Origin: a virus | Virus record (IMG/VR): IMGVR_UViG_3300017917_004998 | Span: 1 to 64,000 of that record | Direction: 5' to 3' (one strand) | Length of the DNA: 64,000 bases | Shown here: piece by piece, positions 48,659 through 59,360 of the stretch | How positions within the stretch are numbered: position 1 is the stretch's first letter | How the letters are laid out: every line of letters starts with the position of its first letter | Notes under the pieces: model-generated | Told to the model about the DNA's origin: nothing | Database searches by the model: none | Seen by the model: only the letters and a program-made list of their open reading frames with translations | Program-made: the position numbers and the translations under genes

Positions 48659-50269
48659 TTAGAATAAGTCTTTTGTTTGATCGCTCTTGTAAGTCAAGAC
48701 GTTGATAGGTTTGAAAGATAGACCAAACTTTGTCGATGTAGTTTCAGAGAAGCTTGGGCAAGATCCAGGCTTACTTCCTTTTCCTGAAGAAGAATAAGAA
48801 GTAGTAATGGTTGGGATAGGTATTTTTATAGTTGATGTTGAATATCTTCCTGGGATCTGAATCTTTACAGGGTATTTCAAAGCAACAATTTTATCAGAAG
48901 TCAAAGGTTCCTCTGAATCCTTCACTCGATTAACCTTTTCAAATTCAATTTCTATATTATTGTATCTGTATTTGTTGTAATCACCAACGTTAGCTTCTGG
49001 CTCTACCTTTTTAGTTTTAGCACCGTCTGCATTTTCTGCTGTTGGCATTCCCTGGTCGTCAATTGAAATCATGGTAACAGTTGATCTATCCGTTCCGTCG
49101 ATCCATTTAGAAGAATCTCCAGACTTAACGTAGTAACCAAATTTCTTGCCCTCTGGAGGATTTGGCCCAGATGTACCATCTCCGTTTTCTCCCTTTGAAT
49201 AAATAGACGTAACCTTGGGTAATTGCTCAATTAGATCGTCGTCAAGACCAGCAGCTTTTGCTACTCCTTCTATAAGCTTAGACATTGCTATTGCACGAGA
49301 ATAAGCAAGCTCTCCCCAGCTTAGTTTTTCTGCATCTTCAGTATTTCTATAACGATCTGCAGATGTTAAAATACTAATCTTTTTAATTGTTGTAATTTCA
49401 CCGGCTCTGTATCTTTCGAAGATCGAACCTAATTTACCTACCAATTCATCGAAGGAATCCTGCATAAAATCAGGCTGTCCGTTTGCCCCCGTTTTGTTTG
49501 GTTTGAAAACATCAGAAGATTTAGCATCGTCTAGCAAAAATGTTTTTTCTGGTTTTACCTCAACAGGAGGTGCAACCTCGGTTATTTCTTCTCTGTTTAA
49601 GAAAACCATAATAGCAGGATTTGTTAAAGCAGAAGCATCTTCTCTTTTCTTTGCGTTAAAATGCTTATCTATTACATTTTCTAGACCCTCTTTAGTTTCG
49701 TAACCTCTCTTGATAGCAAGCTTAAGGAAATCTTCGTATACCTTTGCCTTATCTGCATCGGATAGCATTCCCCATAGTAAAGGGGTTCTAAATTTGTAAG
49801 GCAAGCTTTCTTTGTAACCTTTCAGACCCAAATCTGCTAATTTCTTAGCTTCAATTTCTGTCATGGATTCAATCTTATCTGCTAATTGCTTTACCTTGTC
49901 TTTTTTATCAGCAGGTTTTGTTTTAGCATCTATATCCAAACCTATTGCCTTCATGGCATCTATCTCATTTGGCGTTACAGAACTAGTCTGTCCAAGTAAA
50001 ACATACAATGCTCCTTTTCCGTATTCCTTATTTCTTAAGGCTTCGATAGCCTTTGCTCCGTATATCTTGGTCGCGCTATCCTCGGGTGCATCGGATTTTT
50101 TCAATGCATTTTGTGCTAAGTCTAGATCTAGTGAGACAATTTTATTTACCAGTTCAGTAGCACCATCAATTTTCAATTCAGTTCCAGAACCTTTGGATGC
50201 TTCCAGTAACGAACCAGAATTCTTAAGAAAGTCTTCAAAGCTTTCAAATACAAATCTATGTTTTTCCAT
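48659..50269 (-). CDS. 536 aa tagged protein with a possible OmpA-like peptidoglycan-binding region
   Basis: N-term FVFESFEDFLK; ISILTSAD...ELAYSRAIAM resembles the OmpA-C LSxxRA motif; GATATATA upstream on minus strand. Confidence 0.55.
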   Translation of the reverse strand: MEKHRFVFESFEDFLKNSGSLLEASKGSGTELKIDGATELVNKIVSLDLDLAQNALKKSDAPEDSATKIYGAKAIEALRNKEYGKGALYVLLGQTSSVTPNEIDAMKAIGLDIDAKTKPADKKDKVKQLADKIESMTEIEAKKLADLGLKGYKESLPYKFRTPLLWGMLSDADKAKVYEDFLKLAIKRGYETKEGLENVIDKHFNAKKREDASALTNPAIMVFLNREEITEVAPPVEVKPEKTFLLDDAKSSDVFKPNKTGANGQPDFMQDSFDELVGKLGSIFERYRAGEITTIKKISILTSADRYRNTEDAEKLSWGELAYSRAIAMSKLIEGVAKAAGLDDDLIEQLPKVTSIYSKGENGDGTSGPNPPEGKKFGYYVKSGDSSKWIDGTDRSTVTMISIDDQGMPTAENADGAKTKKVEPEANVGDYNKYRYNNIEIEFEKVNRVKDSEEPLTSDKIVALKYPVKIQIPGRYSTSTIKIPIPTITTSYSSSGKGSKPGSCPSFSETTSTKFGLSFKPINVLTYKSDQTKDLF

Positions 50270-50371
50270 TAGGGAGTTTTAATTTCCCTCTATATATCCA
50301 AAAAATATAATGTTCTTATCCATTTTCATTTTCTATTTCTGGACCTCAAAAGGCAATAGCCTTTATAAATT

Positions 50372-50459
50372 TGGTACCGACGGCCGGACTCGAACCGGCA
50401 CGGAAATTACTTTCCAAGGGATTTTAAGTCCCTCGTGGCTACCTTTACACCACGTCGGC
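50372..50459 (-). tRNA. trnL-UAA: tRNA-Leu(UAA), CCA encoded
   Basis: Reverse complement: anticodon arm AGGGA-CTTAAAA-TCCCT, long variable arm, GGTTCGAGTCC, ACCA. Confidence 0.93.
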
Positions 50460-50527
50460 ATTTTACACAATCTTATAGATAAAAGAGTGTGTAAAGTTCT
50501 AGATATATAATTAAAATTAATCATTAA

Positions 50528-51658
50528 ATGAAGATCATCACAGATTTTAAAATTCATGCTCTTACAGAAAGCATTAACGAGGCTTTAGATAAAAGCGAAA
50601 TTAAAAGACTCAAATCGCAACTGAAAGTTTATTGCGAAGAGGTTGGATCTGATTTTGATGAAGTCTGCAAGCTACTTAAGTTGCAGTCTGGGGGTCTTTC
50701 AAAATTAAACAAAGATCAAATTGAATGGCTGAATAAAATAGTTGGAAGCAACGGCTCATGGGATCTTAATGACGAAACTGGAAAAATCGACATAGAAATG
50801 CAAAATACTATGTATTTGAAGAAAGAAAGTCTTCCTTTAGGCTCTATTCCTTTTGGTATTCAATTTGGTAGATTTTCCGGAAATCTCTATGCATCAAATG
50901 CTCAATTGGAAAGTCTCGAGGGGTTCCCAGAAGAAGTAACTGGAAGCTTTGTTGTTACAAACAACAAATTCACTTCTTTAAAAGGATGTCCTAAGGTAAT
51001 TAAAGGTGAATTTAACTGCGGTTACAATAATTTGACAACTCTTAAAGGAGGACCAGTCGAAGTTAGATCATCATATGTTTGCAACAATAACATCTATCTA
51101 ACAAATCTGGAGGGAGCTCCAGAATATGTTGGTGGTGATTTCAATGCTAATTCTTGCAACCTGAAAACTTTAGAAGGATCACCGAAAGATGTTGAAGGCA
51201 ATTTTACCTGTGAAGACAACGATCTTAAGACGATGGAGGGAGCTCCAAAAAGAATCGGAGGTTATACTATAGATTGCACTAAAAACCAGCTTTATACTTT
51301 AGAGGGACTTCCATTAGACCATAGGGGTCTGGTAAAATGTGCAAAGAATTTATTCCCAGAGGAAGTACTTAAGACTGTTTATATGAACGCAAAGAAGTAT
51401 GAAAGCTGGGTAGGAGCTTATCTCGTTCTATTAACAACTAAGAAGTTCCAAAGAATGAGCAAGGAGCAAAGAGATCCTATTAGAAAAGCACTTTCTGGTG
51501 ATGTACTAAAAACTAAAAGCTTACAGTTGTCTAAGATTTGGAAGGATCCAATTATGGAAGACCCTGCAGTAAAGAGGATGATTAAAAGAGCAGACCTTGG
51601 GCAGGAAACAGTCCAAGACGTAGAACTTGGATCTGATCTAAGTGATATTGGATTTTAA
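50528..51658 (+). CDS. LRR protein (same 22-aa repeat), C-term SDLSDIGF
   Basis: About 7 repeats LxxLEGxPxxVxGxFxCxxN. Confidence 0.88.
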   Translation: MKIITDFKIHALTESINEALDKSEIKRLKSQLKVYCEEVGSDFDEVCKLLKLQSGGLSKLNKDQIEWLNKIVGSNGSWDLNDETGKIDIEMQNTMYLKKESLPLGSIPFGIQFGRFSGNLYASNAQLESLEGFPEEVTGSFVVTNNKFTSLKGCPKVIKGEFNCGYNNLTTLKGGPVEVRSSYVCNNNIYLTNLEGAPEYVGGDFNANSCNLKTLEGSPKDVEGNFTCEDNDLKTMEGAPKRIGGYTIDCTKNQLYTLEGLPLDHRGLVKCAKNLFPEEVLKTVYMNAKKYESWVGAYLVLLTTKKFQRMSKEQRDPIRKALSGDVLKTKSLQLSKIWKDPIMEDPAVKRMIKRADLGQETVQDVELGSDLSDIGF

Positions 51659-51728
51659 TTACAAGGGGCCACGCAAGGCTCCTTTTTTTTTGTTCGTTTA
51701 ATTTTGTTATGTTTGTAGGAATTTAATT

Positions 51729-51959
51729 ATGGCTAAAAAAGAAGTACGCACAAGTGTCTGCAGTTTTTGCATAGAATCATTTCCAACAAAGGAATTATAC
51801 ACTGTAGTAATGCCCATGCATAGATTACAAGACGGAGGTCATTCTGGTGAATATAGAACACCGGCATGCGAAAAATGTCTTACCAAAAGCAAACATAGGT
51901 ACTTATCAGTTTTAGAAAATCCTAAGCCGGACAAGAAGAAGAAAGAAAAGGATATATAA
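51729..51959 (+). CDS. small zinc-finger protein
   Basis: CSFC...CEKC. Confidence 0.65.
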   Translation: MAKKEVRTSVCSFCIESFPTKELYTVVMPMHRLQDGGHSGEYRTPACEKCLTKSKHRYLSVLENPKPDKKKKEKDI

Positions 51960-51975
51960 AAAAAATTAAAATTCT

Positions 51976-53485
51976 GTGAAGCACCTGTCAATTTTTGAAA
52001 GTTATGAGCCATTAGATAAAAAAGATCTGGACCTTTTGAAGAGGATACTCGACAACAGTGAAAGTTGGAGAAAGATACTAAAAGAGGTAAGTGAAAAACC
52101 AAATAGCGATAAATTTGATAGGTTAATTCAACATTTCAGGGTTCTTAAATTCATTCAAAACAAGCCAAAAGAAATGTCTTCCCTTATTGCACCTGTTCTA
52201 AAAGACAATCCAATGCTTATGAAATGGATATCTGCTAATGCTGACAATTTACCCGCAGATTTCCGGGAATCTGTTGGTTTATACAGCGACTTAAAAAATC
52301 TTGGATTTTAAAATGAGACATCTTAAAAAATTTGGTGAGCTATTCGAAGGCTATGAAGAATCCTCTGAAATTTTTTCTCCAGAATTCAGAAAAGAACTTC
52401 GTTCAGAATTACCTAATCTGAAAAAAGAAATTAAGTATTACCTAAACAGGGGACTAAATGGGTATTTAGATCTAGTAGAGGTAGACGACAAAACTCATCC
52501 TGCTTTATTTCTTGAAGCGTCAAAAACACCATTGATTTTTAATACGTTTTATGTTGATAACTCAGGAAACCTTAGGATTGTAAAAAATCCTAAGCTTACA
52601 GATGATGCACAGTTAACAAATCTGTTAACAAAAGATTTAAATTCTATAAATGACTTTTTATCGTCAATCGGCAAAAATCCATTACCCAATAGTTTTTTTA
52701 TAGATTCATTTAAAAAAGAGTATTACAACGGAATAAGAAATCAAAACGGTGCAGAGTACATCTCGAAAATAATTTCTTACATATTTGACGACTATAAAGA
52801 TTTTATTAAAAAAACTAAGTCTACTGGTGAGCAAATAACAAAAGAAGCAGTAACTAATCTTCCAGCTTTTAAAGAAATAGAAGGGATCGGTGGAAGTGAT
52901 CAAACATCGGAAAGAATCTGGAGTAATGGAAATTTAAAGATAGTCCACCCTATTTTGCTTAATACAAATTGGAGAGGCGAAAGTTTACAGGATTATATTA
53001 CAGTTTATTCAGGAGGTCCAATCAGAATTACCAGCGATGGAAGACCAGCAATTATGACTGGAGCCCCTGGTGATATTATAGCAAACATCCAAGGATGGAA
53101 CGATAAACTAGATTACGTTTTAAAATATTTGCTTAGAAAGATTGCAAAAGAATATTTTAAGATCACAAGCACAAACGAATTAAAGAAATTGTCTTCTGGT
53201 ACAGTTGGAGATTTTTTTAATTCTATAATTAAAGATTATTCAAGCGATGAATTCTTTAAATGGCTTTCAAGTCAAACTGACAAGGTTCAGGATTTTGTTC
53301 TTAACAGCGGGATTGATCTTAAGGATTACATAGAAAAAGATCCGTCTAAGGCTGCTATCCAAATGAAGAAGGTTTACAGTAATCCTTCACTTAAAAAGTT
53401 ATTGAGTGGGCTCAATCCAGAAACTGCTAAAGTGTTCAACCAAAATCTAGGTCTAGTTGGAAATCTAGGAGATTTAGGTTTCTAA
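51976..53485 (+). CDS. two doubly tagged proteins: 51976..52311 and 52313..53485
   Basis: MKHLSIFES / MRHLKKFGELFE; C-termini SDLKNLGF / GNLGDLGF. Confidence 0.8.
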
Positions 53486-53489
53486 AATA

Positions 53490-54443
53490 TTAAATGAAAT
53501 TTCCTTTTTGATCCATTGGTACGTGAATGTACCTACCGAATGGCGGTTTGTTGAATTCCTTTGTTGCATTACAGATAAACCAAAACACCTTTTGCTTGTA
53601 TTTGTTTATACCATATTGATCAACTCTTGGATATTCTGCAAAAGAGTCAGTAAGATAAATTACTGCAGATGGGTTAATCTTGTTCTTCTCTATGTAAGCA
53701 AACGGTGGTGCAAATCCACCGGCATTACCTCCTGTTGAAGCATATTTACTCAAATCTGGTTTTTTACCCTTTTTAACTACATCTATACCGTCTATATTAT
53801 CAGAGCAATATATGATGATGGTTTCGTCCATTTCATACTTTGTAGACAGAGACCAGACTTCTTCAAAGAAGACTTTGATTTGAGACTTAGAAATAGAACC
53901 AGACGTATCTACAGCTACAATTAACTTTTTAAGAGTATCCGATCCAACCTTTTTTCTGCCATATAGTACATCACCACGACCAATGTGTCTTCTGCTAGGA
54001 ATAACTTCTTCGTATTGGTTGAAAGCTTGGTCAAAAAATTTCTTTAGTTCTTTCTTCCAATTAACCTTTGGTTTATTGGTGGTCATTTCCATCAGGATTC
54101 TCTTCGCCTTGTCTGAAAGTTGTTTAGCCCCTGATGACATTGCTCTAGATAAAGCTTTGTTCCAGTAATCTGTTAATTCAGCTTTCGTTCCACCTTCACC
54201 TAAAGCTTTTTTACTTTTGTATGTTTTAAGAGAAGGACCTGCTTTTCCTGTAAGGGTTCTTTCGTAGCCAGGACCAATTACAGCATTTGGATCGAATTCT
54301 GGGGTTTCTACATCTTCAGGTGGAGTTTCAAGCTCAGTAGGAGAACTTTTTCCATCTTCTTTATTTTTTTTCCCAACACCATTTTTATTGTCAACTGAAG
54401 TTGGATCCAGTATAATAAATTGTCCTTTTTTAACCTGTGTCAT
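53490..54443 (-). CDS. vWA-domain protein (DUF2201 C-terminal type)
   Basis: MIDAS motif VAVDTSGSIS, TGGNAGGF, YLTDSF; NWKKELKKFF. Confidence 0.85.
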   Translation of the reverse strand: MTQVKKGQFIILDPTSVDNKNGVGKKNKEDGKSSPTELETPPEDVETPEFDPNAVIGPGYERTLTGKAGPSLKTYKSKKALGEGGTKAELTDYWNKALSRAMSSGAKQLSDKAKRILMEMTTNKPKVNWKKELKKFFDQAFNQYEEVIPSRRHIGRGDVLYGRKKVGSDTLKKLIVAVDTSGSISKSQIKVFFEEVWSLSTKYEMDETIIIYCSDNIDGIDVVKKGKKPDLSKYASTGGNAGGFAPPFAYIEKNKINPSAVIYLTDSFAEYPRVDQYGINKYKQKVFWFICNATKEFNKPPFGRYIHVPMDQKGNFI

Positions 54444-54445
54444 AA

Positions 54446-55366
54446 TTATTCGATAATAATATCTCCGTTGGGTAATACCCGTTTAATAATCCCTTCCTTT
54501 CCAGCGTCTGGTCCCTCGGTTATTCTTACCTTCTTACCTATTAAGCTAGATTCACCTTCAGAGTCTCCCTCGCCTTCTCCTTGCTTATCTCCAGGTCCAC
54601 CCTTTCCTTCACCAGGCTTGTCGCCAGGCTTGTCACCAGACTTTCCTTGCCCTTCTTCAGATCCACTCCCTAGCTCTTCCTCTTCATCTTCATCTTGGAA
54701 TCTTCTCTGCGCAACGTCTTCTTCGTAATCTGGCTGAGGTAGATTATCACTTGCGTCCTCGACTTCACCGAGATTGTTTTTATCCTTCATTTTTTCGAGC
54801 TGATCTTGCATACTCTGATCTTTCATGATATCGTCGTAGATATCTTCTGCTCTCATACCTGAATACTTTTCTTCGAACAAACCCATTCTGCTGCCATCAT
54901 CTTGAACCGGCCAATCAAATATTCGAGAAGAAACTTCGGCATTTAAAATAGGATTGATTGCGTAATCAGCAGCATAATTCCACAGTAGAGGATTTCTATT
55001 ACCTCTTCTCGACATGTGATCTCCTACGCAATGTAATACCTCGTGACAAAGTACGAATCTGATTGCAGCATCAGATTGTTTTAAAACAAAGTCAGGATGG
55101 TAAACAATATTGAATCCATTTGTACACATTGTCGGAGGATCGATTTTAGAACTCCCGTATATGTTTAGGTTGGATAAAAGCTGTGCAAAAAATCCTCTGT
55201 TAATAGTAATCCAAAGAATTGCTCTTTGAACTTTAATTCTTGCTTGGATTGACTTGTCCCTCATTGAATCCTCAAAAATAAAAGAATCCCTCTCAACTAA
55301 AAAATCTTTAAAGTTTTTAGCAGAGATTTTATTTAGTTGAGAGAAATCTATAAACTTCTTTTTCAA
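54446..55366 (-). CDS. metallopeptidase-like protein (DUF2201 N-terminal type) with C-terminal KOW-like motif
   Basis: TMCTNG...FVLCHEVLHCV...WNYAADYAIN; Gly/Glu linker; GKKVRITEGPDAGKEGIIK. Confidence 0.85.
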   Translation of the reverse strand: MKKKFIDFSQLNKISAKNFKDFLVERDSFIFEDSMRDKSIQARIKVQRAILWITINRGFFAQLLSNLNIYGSSKIDPPTMCTNGFNIVYHPDFVLKQSDAAIRFVLCHEVLHCVGDHMSRRGNRNPLLWNYAADYAINPILNAEVSSRIFDWPVQDDGSRMGLFEEKYSGMRAEDIYDDIMKDQSMQDQLEKMKDKNNLGEVEDASDNLPQPDYEEDVAQRRFQDEDEEEELGSGSEEGQGKSGDKPGDKPGEGKGGPGDKQGEGEGDSEGESSLIGKKVRITEGPDAGKEGIIKRVLPNGDIIIE

Positions 55367-55377
55367 GGTCTGTGGTA

Positions 55378-56943
55378 TTAAATTAAACTTTTAGATCTAG
55401 CTCCTGATTGAATCATTTTAGCTGCTTCAATCTTTAACTTAGAATCATCGGTGTCTTTATTTCTTAAAACTTCTTCAGTTACTGCAAACTCAGGGAATTC
55501 GTCAGTAATTCTCTTGTAAATCCAGCTAAGTACTTCTAGCTCTTCGTACTTGTTGAAGTATTCCATAATGCTGAAAAGATCTTTAACTGAAACCTTACCA
55601 TCCTCAGATAGCTCTTCAGCTTTTCTTAACACCATCTCATATAGACCGTACATTACACTAGTGAAGTCACCAGACTTGGCAATGGTTTTAGCTTTCTTAG
55701 GATCTTTAACCATTTCTTCCAAATCTGAATCGGTAAACTTCTTAAGTACACCAAGGTAAGCAACCAATTTTCCAGTAGCATCCGGGCCAAGCTGATCTGC
55801 ATAAATGTTACTGATAACATCCAAAGGAAGCTGTCTCCAAGATTTTACGTCTCTGTCTTCCATCTCATCCTTAAGGATTGCTGCAGCGTCTGTCCAAGAA
55901 CGAGGTGTTGGGAATTTCAATGTTCCCTTCTCGTCATCCAAATAGTGGAATAACTCTTGGTTCTGAGAAACGAAGTTAACAAATTCTGGCTCGAATTTAT
56001 TGCTCTTCTTAGCCCACTCTACCCAATCTTCAACTTTAGGCTCAAGATTCACGATTGTAAAACGGTCTGCTAAAGCGAAATCGAATTCAGCAACATCCGC
56101 TTCTGAAGGTCTGTTACCTGCTGCTACTAAGATCCATTTATCAGGAAGTACGTACTCACCGAGTCTTCCCATTTGAACGAATTGCATTACAGAGTTCAAA
56201 ACTGTCTTGTTTGCTCTGTTCATTTCGTCCATGAATATAATTCCTCCCTTACCGTCGTTTCCATTACTTCTAGGCAACAGAGAAGGTGGATTGGATCTAG
56301 TTGCACCTTGACCTAAAAATCCCTTTTCTCCGGTTTCTTTAAATTTAGCAACATCTGGCTCTTGAATATCTACTACTTTTGGTATACCCAAGAAATCTTC
56401 CGGTGCCATAAACTGAAGATCCAAGTTGATCATAGGAACTCCTAATGAATCTGCTGCTTGCCCAACAATCTGTGTTTTTCCAATACCTGGTGCACCGAAA
56501 ACAAAAATTGGTTTTGCTCTACCACCTCTAACTTTACTTCTATAAAGTTTTTCAATCATCTCTTTCAATTCTTGAGCATCTACGTTTCTAACTGTTTGAT
56601 CCTCACCAGTATATGCCAAAGGAACTTTTGCTTCCTCTAAATCTGATTCGCTGATTGCTGCAGATTCGTATATCTCAACTGGATTTTCTTTTGAGAAAGG
56701 TGTACCTGAGTAAAGTGCATTAATTTGAGAAACAATGCTACCTGCAGAAGGATCGAAATAAGATCCGACAGGAGTTCCTTTTTTAGATCCAGAAGGAATC
56801 ATTTTTACTAAGCCGTCTTTGATACCCTGTACCAAATCTTTAGCCCATGATGCTAATTGTGAAAACTTGTCACTGATGTAACCCTCATTAGCGTTGTACT
56901 CATTAACTACAAAACTTTTGAAGTCGAAAACTTTTTTGCCCAT
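55378..56943 (-). CDS. MoxR-related AAA+ ATPase
   Basis: GAPGIGKT, IIFMDEMNRA, AAGNR, ALADRF, FPTPRSW. Confidence 0.9.
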   Translation of the reverse strand: MGKKVFDFKSFVVNEYNANEGYISDKFSQLASWAKDLVQGIKDGLVKMIPSGSKKGTPVGSYFDPSAGSIVSQINALYSGTPFSKENPVEIYESAAISESDLEEAKVPLAYTGEDQTVRNVDAQELKEMIEKLYRSKVRGGRAKPIFVFGAPGIGKTQIVGQAADSLGVPMINLDLQFMAPEDFLGIPKVVDIQEPDVAKFKETGEKGFLGQGATRSNPPSLLPRSNGNDGKGGIIFMDEMNRANKTVLNSVMQFVQMGRLGEYVLPDKWILVAAGNRPSEADVAEFDFALADRFTIVNLEPKVEDWVEWAKKSNKFEPEFVNFVSQNQELFHYLDDEKGTLKFPTPRSWTDAAAILKDEMEDRDVKSWRQLPLDVISNIYADQLGPDATGKLVAYLGVLKKFTDSDLEEMVKDPKKAKTIAKSGDFTSVMYGLYEMVLRKAEELSEDGKVSVKDLFSIMEYFNKYEELEVLSWIYKRITDEFPEFAVTEEVLRNKDTDDSKLKIEAAKMIQSGARSKSLI

Positions 56944-57070
56944 TTTTGGTTTTTTTATTTTTTTACTCCTTATATATCACACAGAAATATGAAGTTGTAA
57001 AGATTAACGATCAAATCTCTTTTCTTATCCAGCAATTGAAATATATAGCAGATAAAAATTAAGAAAAACC

Positions 57071-57793
57071 TTGCCACTACTAAAATATTCCGAGTTTGTT
57101 GATAAAGAAATCAACGAGAGTAACATAAACGAACAGGGTATGGCTCCAGTTTGGTGGAAATTTCAAAACTGGTTTAAAAACCTATGGAATAGGAAAAAAC
57201 CTAAAGGTACCATTGCCCCAGCACCTTCATATCTCACAGGTAAGCATTTGCTTTACATTCCACACCAGCAGGGTCCAGTTGGAGCAGCTGCTATTGTAAA
57301 TGCTGCTATGGGAAAAGGTACACTCGAACAAAGGACAAGAAGAAATCTACTCGGAAACGTTCCAACTAATTCAAAGTACTACAAAATCATCAAAGATCCG
57401 CTAAAATCTGATAAAGATGCTGCAATTGCTTTTTTAACCTACTATTCAGACAACTGGAATAAACTAGAGAAACAAGCAATGACATTGATAAACAGCCCTA
57501 AATATTCCAAAGCTAAAAAAGCTATTGATGCTATAAAGGATCCAGAACTTCCTAAAGAATTCTTAACAACGGTTGCTTTTAAAGAATCTAGTCTTAATCC
57601 AAACCCTCCAACGAATAAAACCTACAAAGGATTATTCCAGATTGGACCTAGCGCATGGGCTGAATTGAAAAGGGTCTTACCTTCCAAATATAAGGGATCT
57701 GCAATACCTTTAGACCCAAAAAAGAATGCTCAAGCTGGACACGATTATCTTAAGCTAACTTATGACAGATTCCAGAAAAAAATAGGATCATGA
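57071..57793 (+). CDS. lytic transglycosylase (SLT-type) with tagged N-terminus
   Basis: AFKESSLNP...YKGLFQI...W; TTG start. Confidence 0.8.
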   Translation: MPLLKYSEFVDKEINESNINEQGMAPVWWKFQNWFKNLWNRKKPKGTIAPAPSYLTGKHLLYIPHQQGPVGAAAIVNAAMGKGTLEQRTRRNLLGNVPTNSKYYKIIKDPLKSDKDAAIAFLTYYSDNWNKLEKQAMTLINSPKYSKAKKAIDAIKDPELPKEFLTTVAFKESSLNPNPPTNKTYKGLFQIGPSAWAELKRVLPSKYKGSAIPLDPKKNAQAGHDYLKLTYDRFQKKIGS

Positions 57794-58917
57794 TAAGGAT
57801 CAAATCATACAATTCTTTTCTTAACGAATCCAGAGTAGATCTAGATCCTAAGCAGAAAGGCTTCCTGGACAAAGTGTGTAAAGGTGTTAGTAAATGGAAG
57901 CAGAACGAAAAAGGTCTTGTTGATGTCGACGGAAGTTTCAAGGCTGACGGAATGGATTTAAAGGATCTATACGGAATAAAATTCGGAACGATTAAAGGTG
58001 ATTTTAACATTTCCGATAACGATCTTGTAAATCTTGATGGCTGTCCTAAAGAAGTACATGGTTATTTTAGCTGCTCTGCTAATTTTCTAAATAGCTTAGA
58101 AGGTGGGCCGGATAGTGTCAAAGGAGACTATATCTGTACAAACAATAGCTTATTCAACCTAGATTTTATTGCTAAAGATTTTAATGGTCTATATGCATCA
58201 GGAAACGATCTAGAGCATCTAGGTGATTTACCTCAGAATATTAATGGAGATTTCTTCATTAATGATAATGCACTTCTTAAATCACTAGACGGATCTCCAA
58301 AAATTGTGGGTGGGGATTACGATTGCTCAAATTGCAAATTAGAAAGTCTTGGAGGAGGACCGAAAGAAGTTGGTGGAAGTTTTAATTGCGAAAATAACAA
58401 GCTTGATTCACTTGCAGGTGGTCCAGAATACATTGGTGGTCATTTTACATTAAGCTATAATAAAGTTAACAGCTTAGAAGGTATTGCAAGAGGAGCAAAT
58501 ACGATAGACATCGTAAAAAACCCAATATCGTCGTTACAAGGAATAGATTTTAAGTCGGTTAATAAAATTTACCATTCACACAATTTATTGCCAAGAGAGG
58601 TGCTTAATTTTCAACTGGAATACCTAAAAGAAAGAGGAAATCTTAATGGATGGCTTAAAGAATACATAGAAAAAGATCCTAAAAAATTTGCACACTTATT
58701 TAATTTGCCGGATTCGGATCAAAATAGAAAAAAATTAGATTCATTAAATTTAATTGATTTCTCTTTTGAGCATCCGAACGTTCTGCTTAAAATAATAACA
58801 CACGTAGGACCTAATAGCTTACTCTATAATTATTTTAAAGATAACGGTAATAAATTTTCAAAAGAATTCCAGGAAGCTTCCGGTCTTTATTCAGATCTGA
58901 AAGATCTTGGATTTTAA
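57790..58917 (+). CDS. LRR protein, C-term SDLKDLGF
   Basis: About 8 repeats; N-term MIRIKSYNSFLNES. Confidence 0.88.
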   Translation: MIRIKSYNSFLNESRVDLDPKQKGFLDKVCKGVSKWKQNEKGLVDVDGSFKADGMDLKDLYGIKFGTIKGDFNISDNDLVNLDGCPKEVHGYFSCSANFLNSLEGGPDSVKGDYICTNNSLFNLDFIAKDFNGLYASGNDLEHLGDLPQNINGDFFINDNALLKSLDGSPKIVGGDYDCSNCKLESLGGGPKEVGGSFNCENNKLDSLAGGPEYIGGHFTLSYNKVNSLEGIARGANTIDIVKNPISSLQGIDFKSVNKIYHSHNLLPREVLNFQLEYLKERGNLNGWLKEYIEKDPKKFAHLFNLPDSDQNRKKLDSLNLIDFSFEHPNVLLKIITHVGPNSLLYNYFKDNGNKFSKEFQEASGLYSDLKDLGF

Positions 58918-58957
58918 ATTTTACCAATTGGATATATAATAAAACAAAAATACTTAT

Positions 58958-59356
58958 ATGAAAAATATTAAGATGTACGAGGATTTTGATACTAGCTATG
59001 ATGGCTGGGAAACATCATACTCAAGCAAGTTCGAAGGTCATGATAGAGGAGAACAGAATTACATGTTCTTTCAGCATCTAATGACAATTAAAGATGCAAT
59101 CGACGATCTCCTTCAAATGGATAGAGAAAAAGTCGATATGATTTTATCAGATGGCCACGCATGGGCTAACGACCACATTACAACATCAGCAGATGATATC
59201 GAAGAGGTATACCATTTCATGAAGAACACTATGGCTGAAATGGGTCACTCGTCGCATGGCGAAGAAATGCAGGTTTCTCCAATGAACATCGAAATTCTAG
59301 GTAGCAACGATAAAGTTGAAATCGAGGATGAAGATGGAGAAGGCGAAGACGAATAA
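58958..59356 (+). CDS. tagged acidic protein (MKNIKMYEDF)
   Basis: GATATATA at 58931. Confidence 0.78.
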   Translation: MKNIKMYEDFDTSYDGWETSYSSKFEGHDRGEQNYMFFQHLMTIKDAIDDLLQMDREKVDMILSDGHAWANDHITTSADDIEEVYHFMKNTMAEMGHSSHGEEMQVSPMNIEILGSNDKVEIEDEDGEGEDE

Positions 59357-59360
59357 AATT

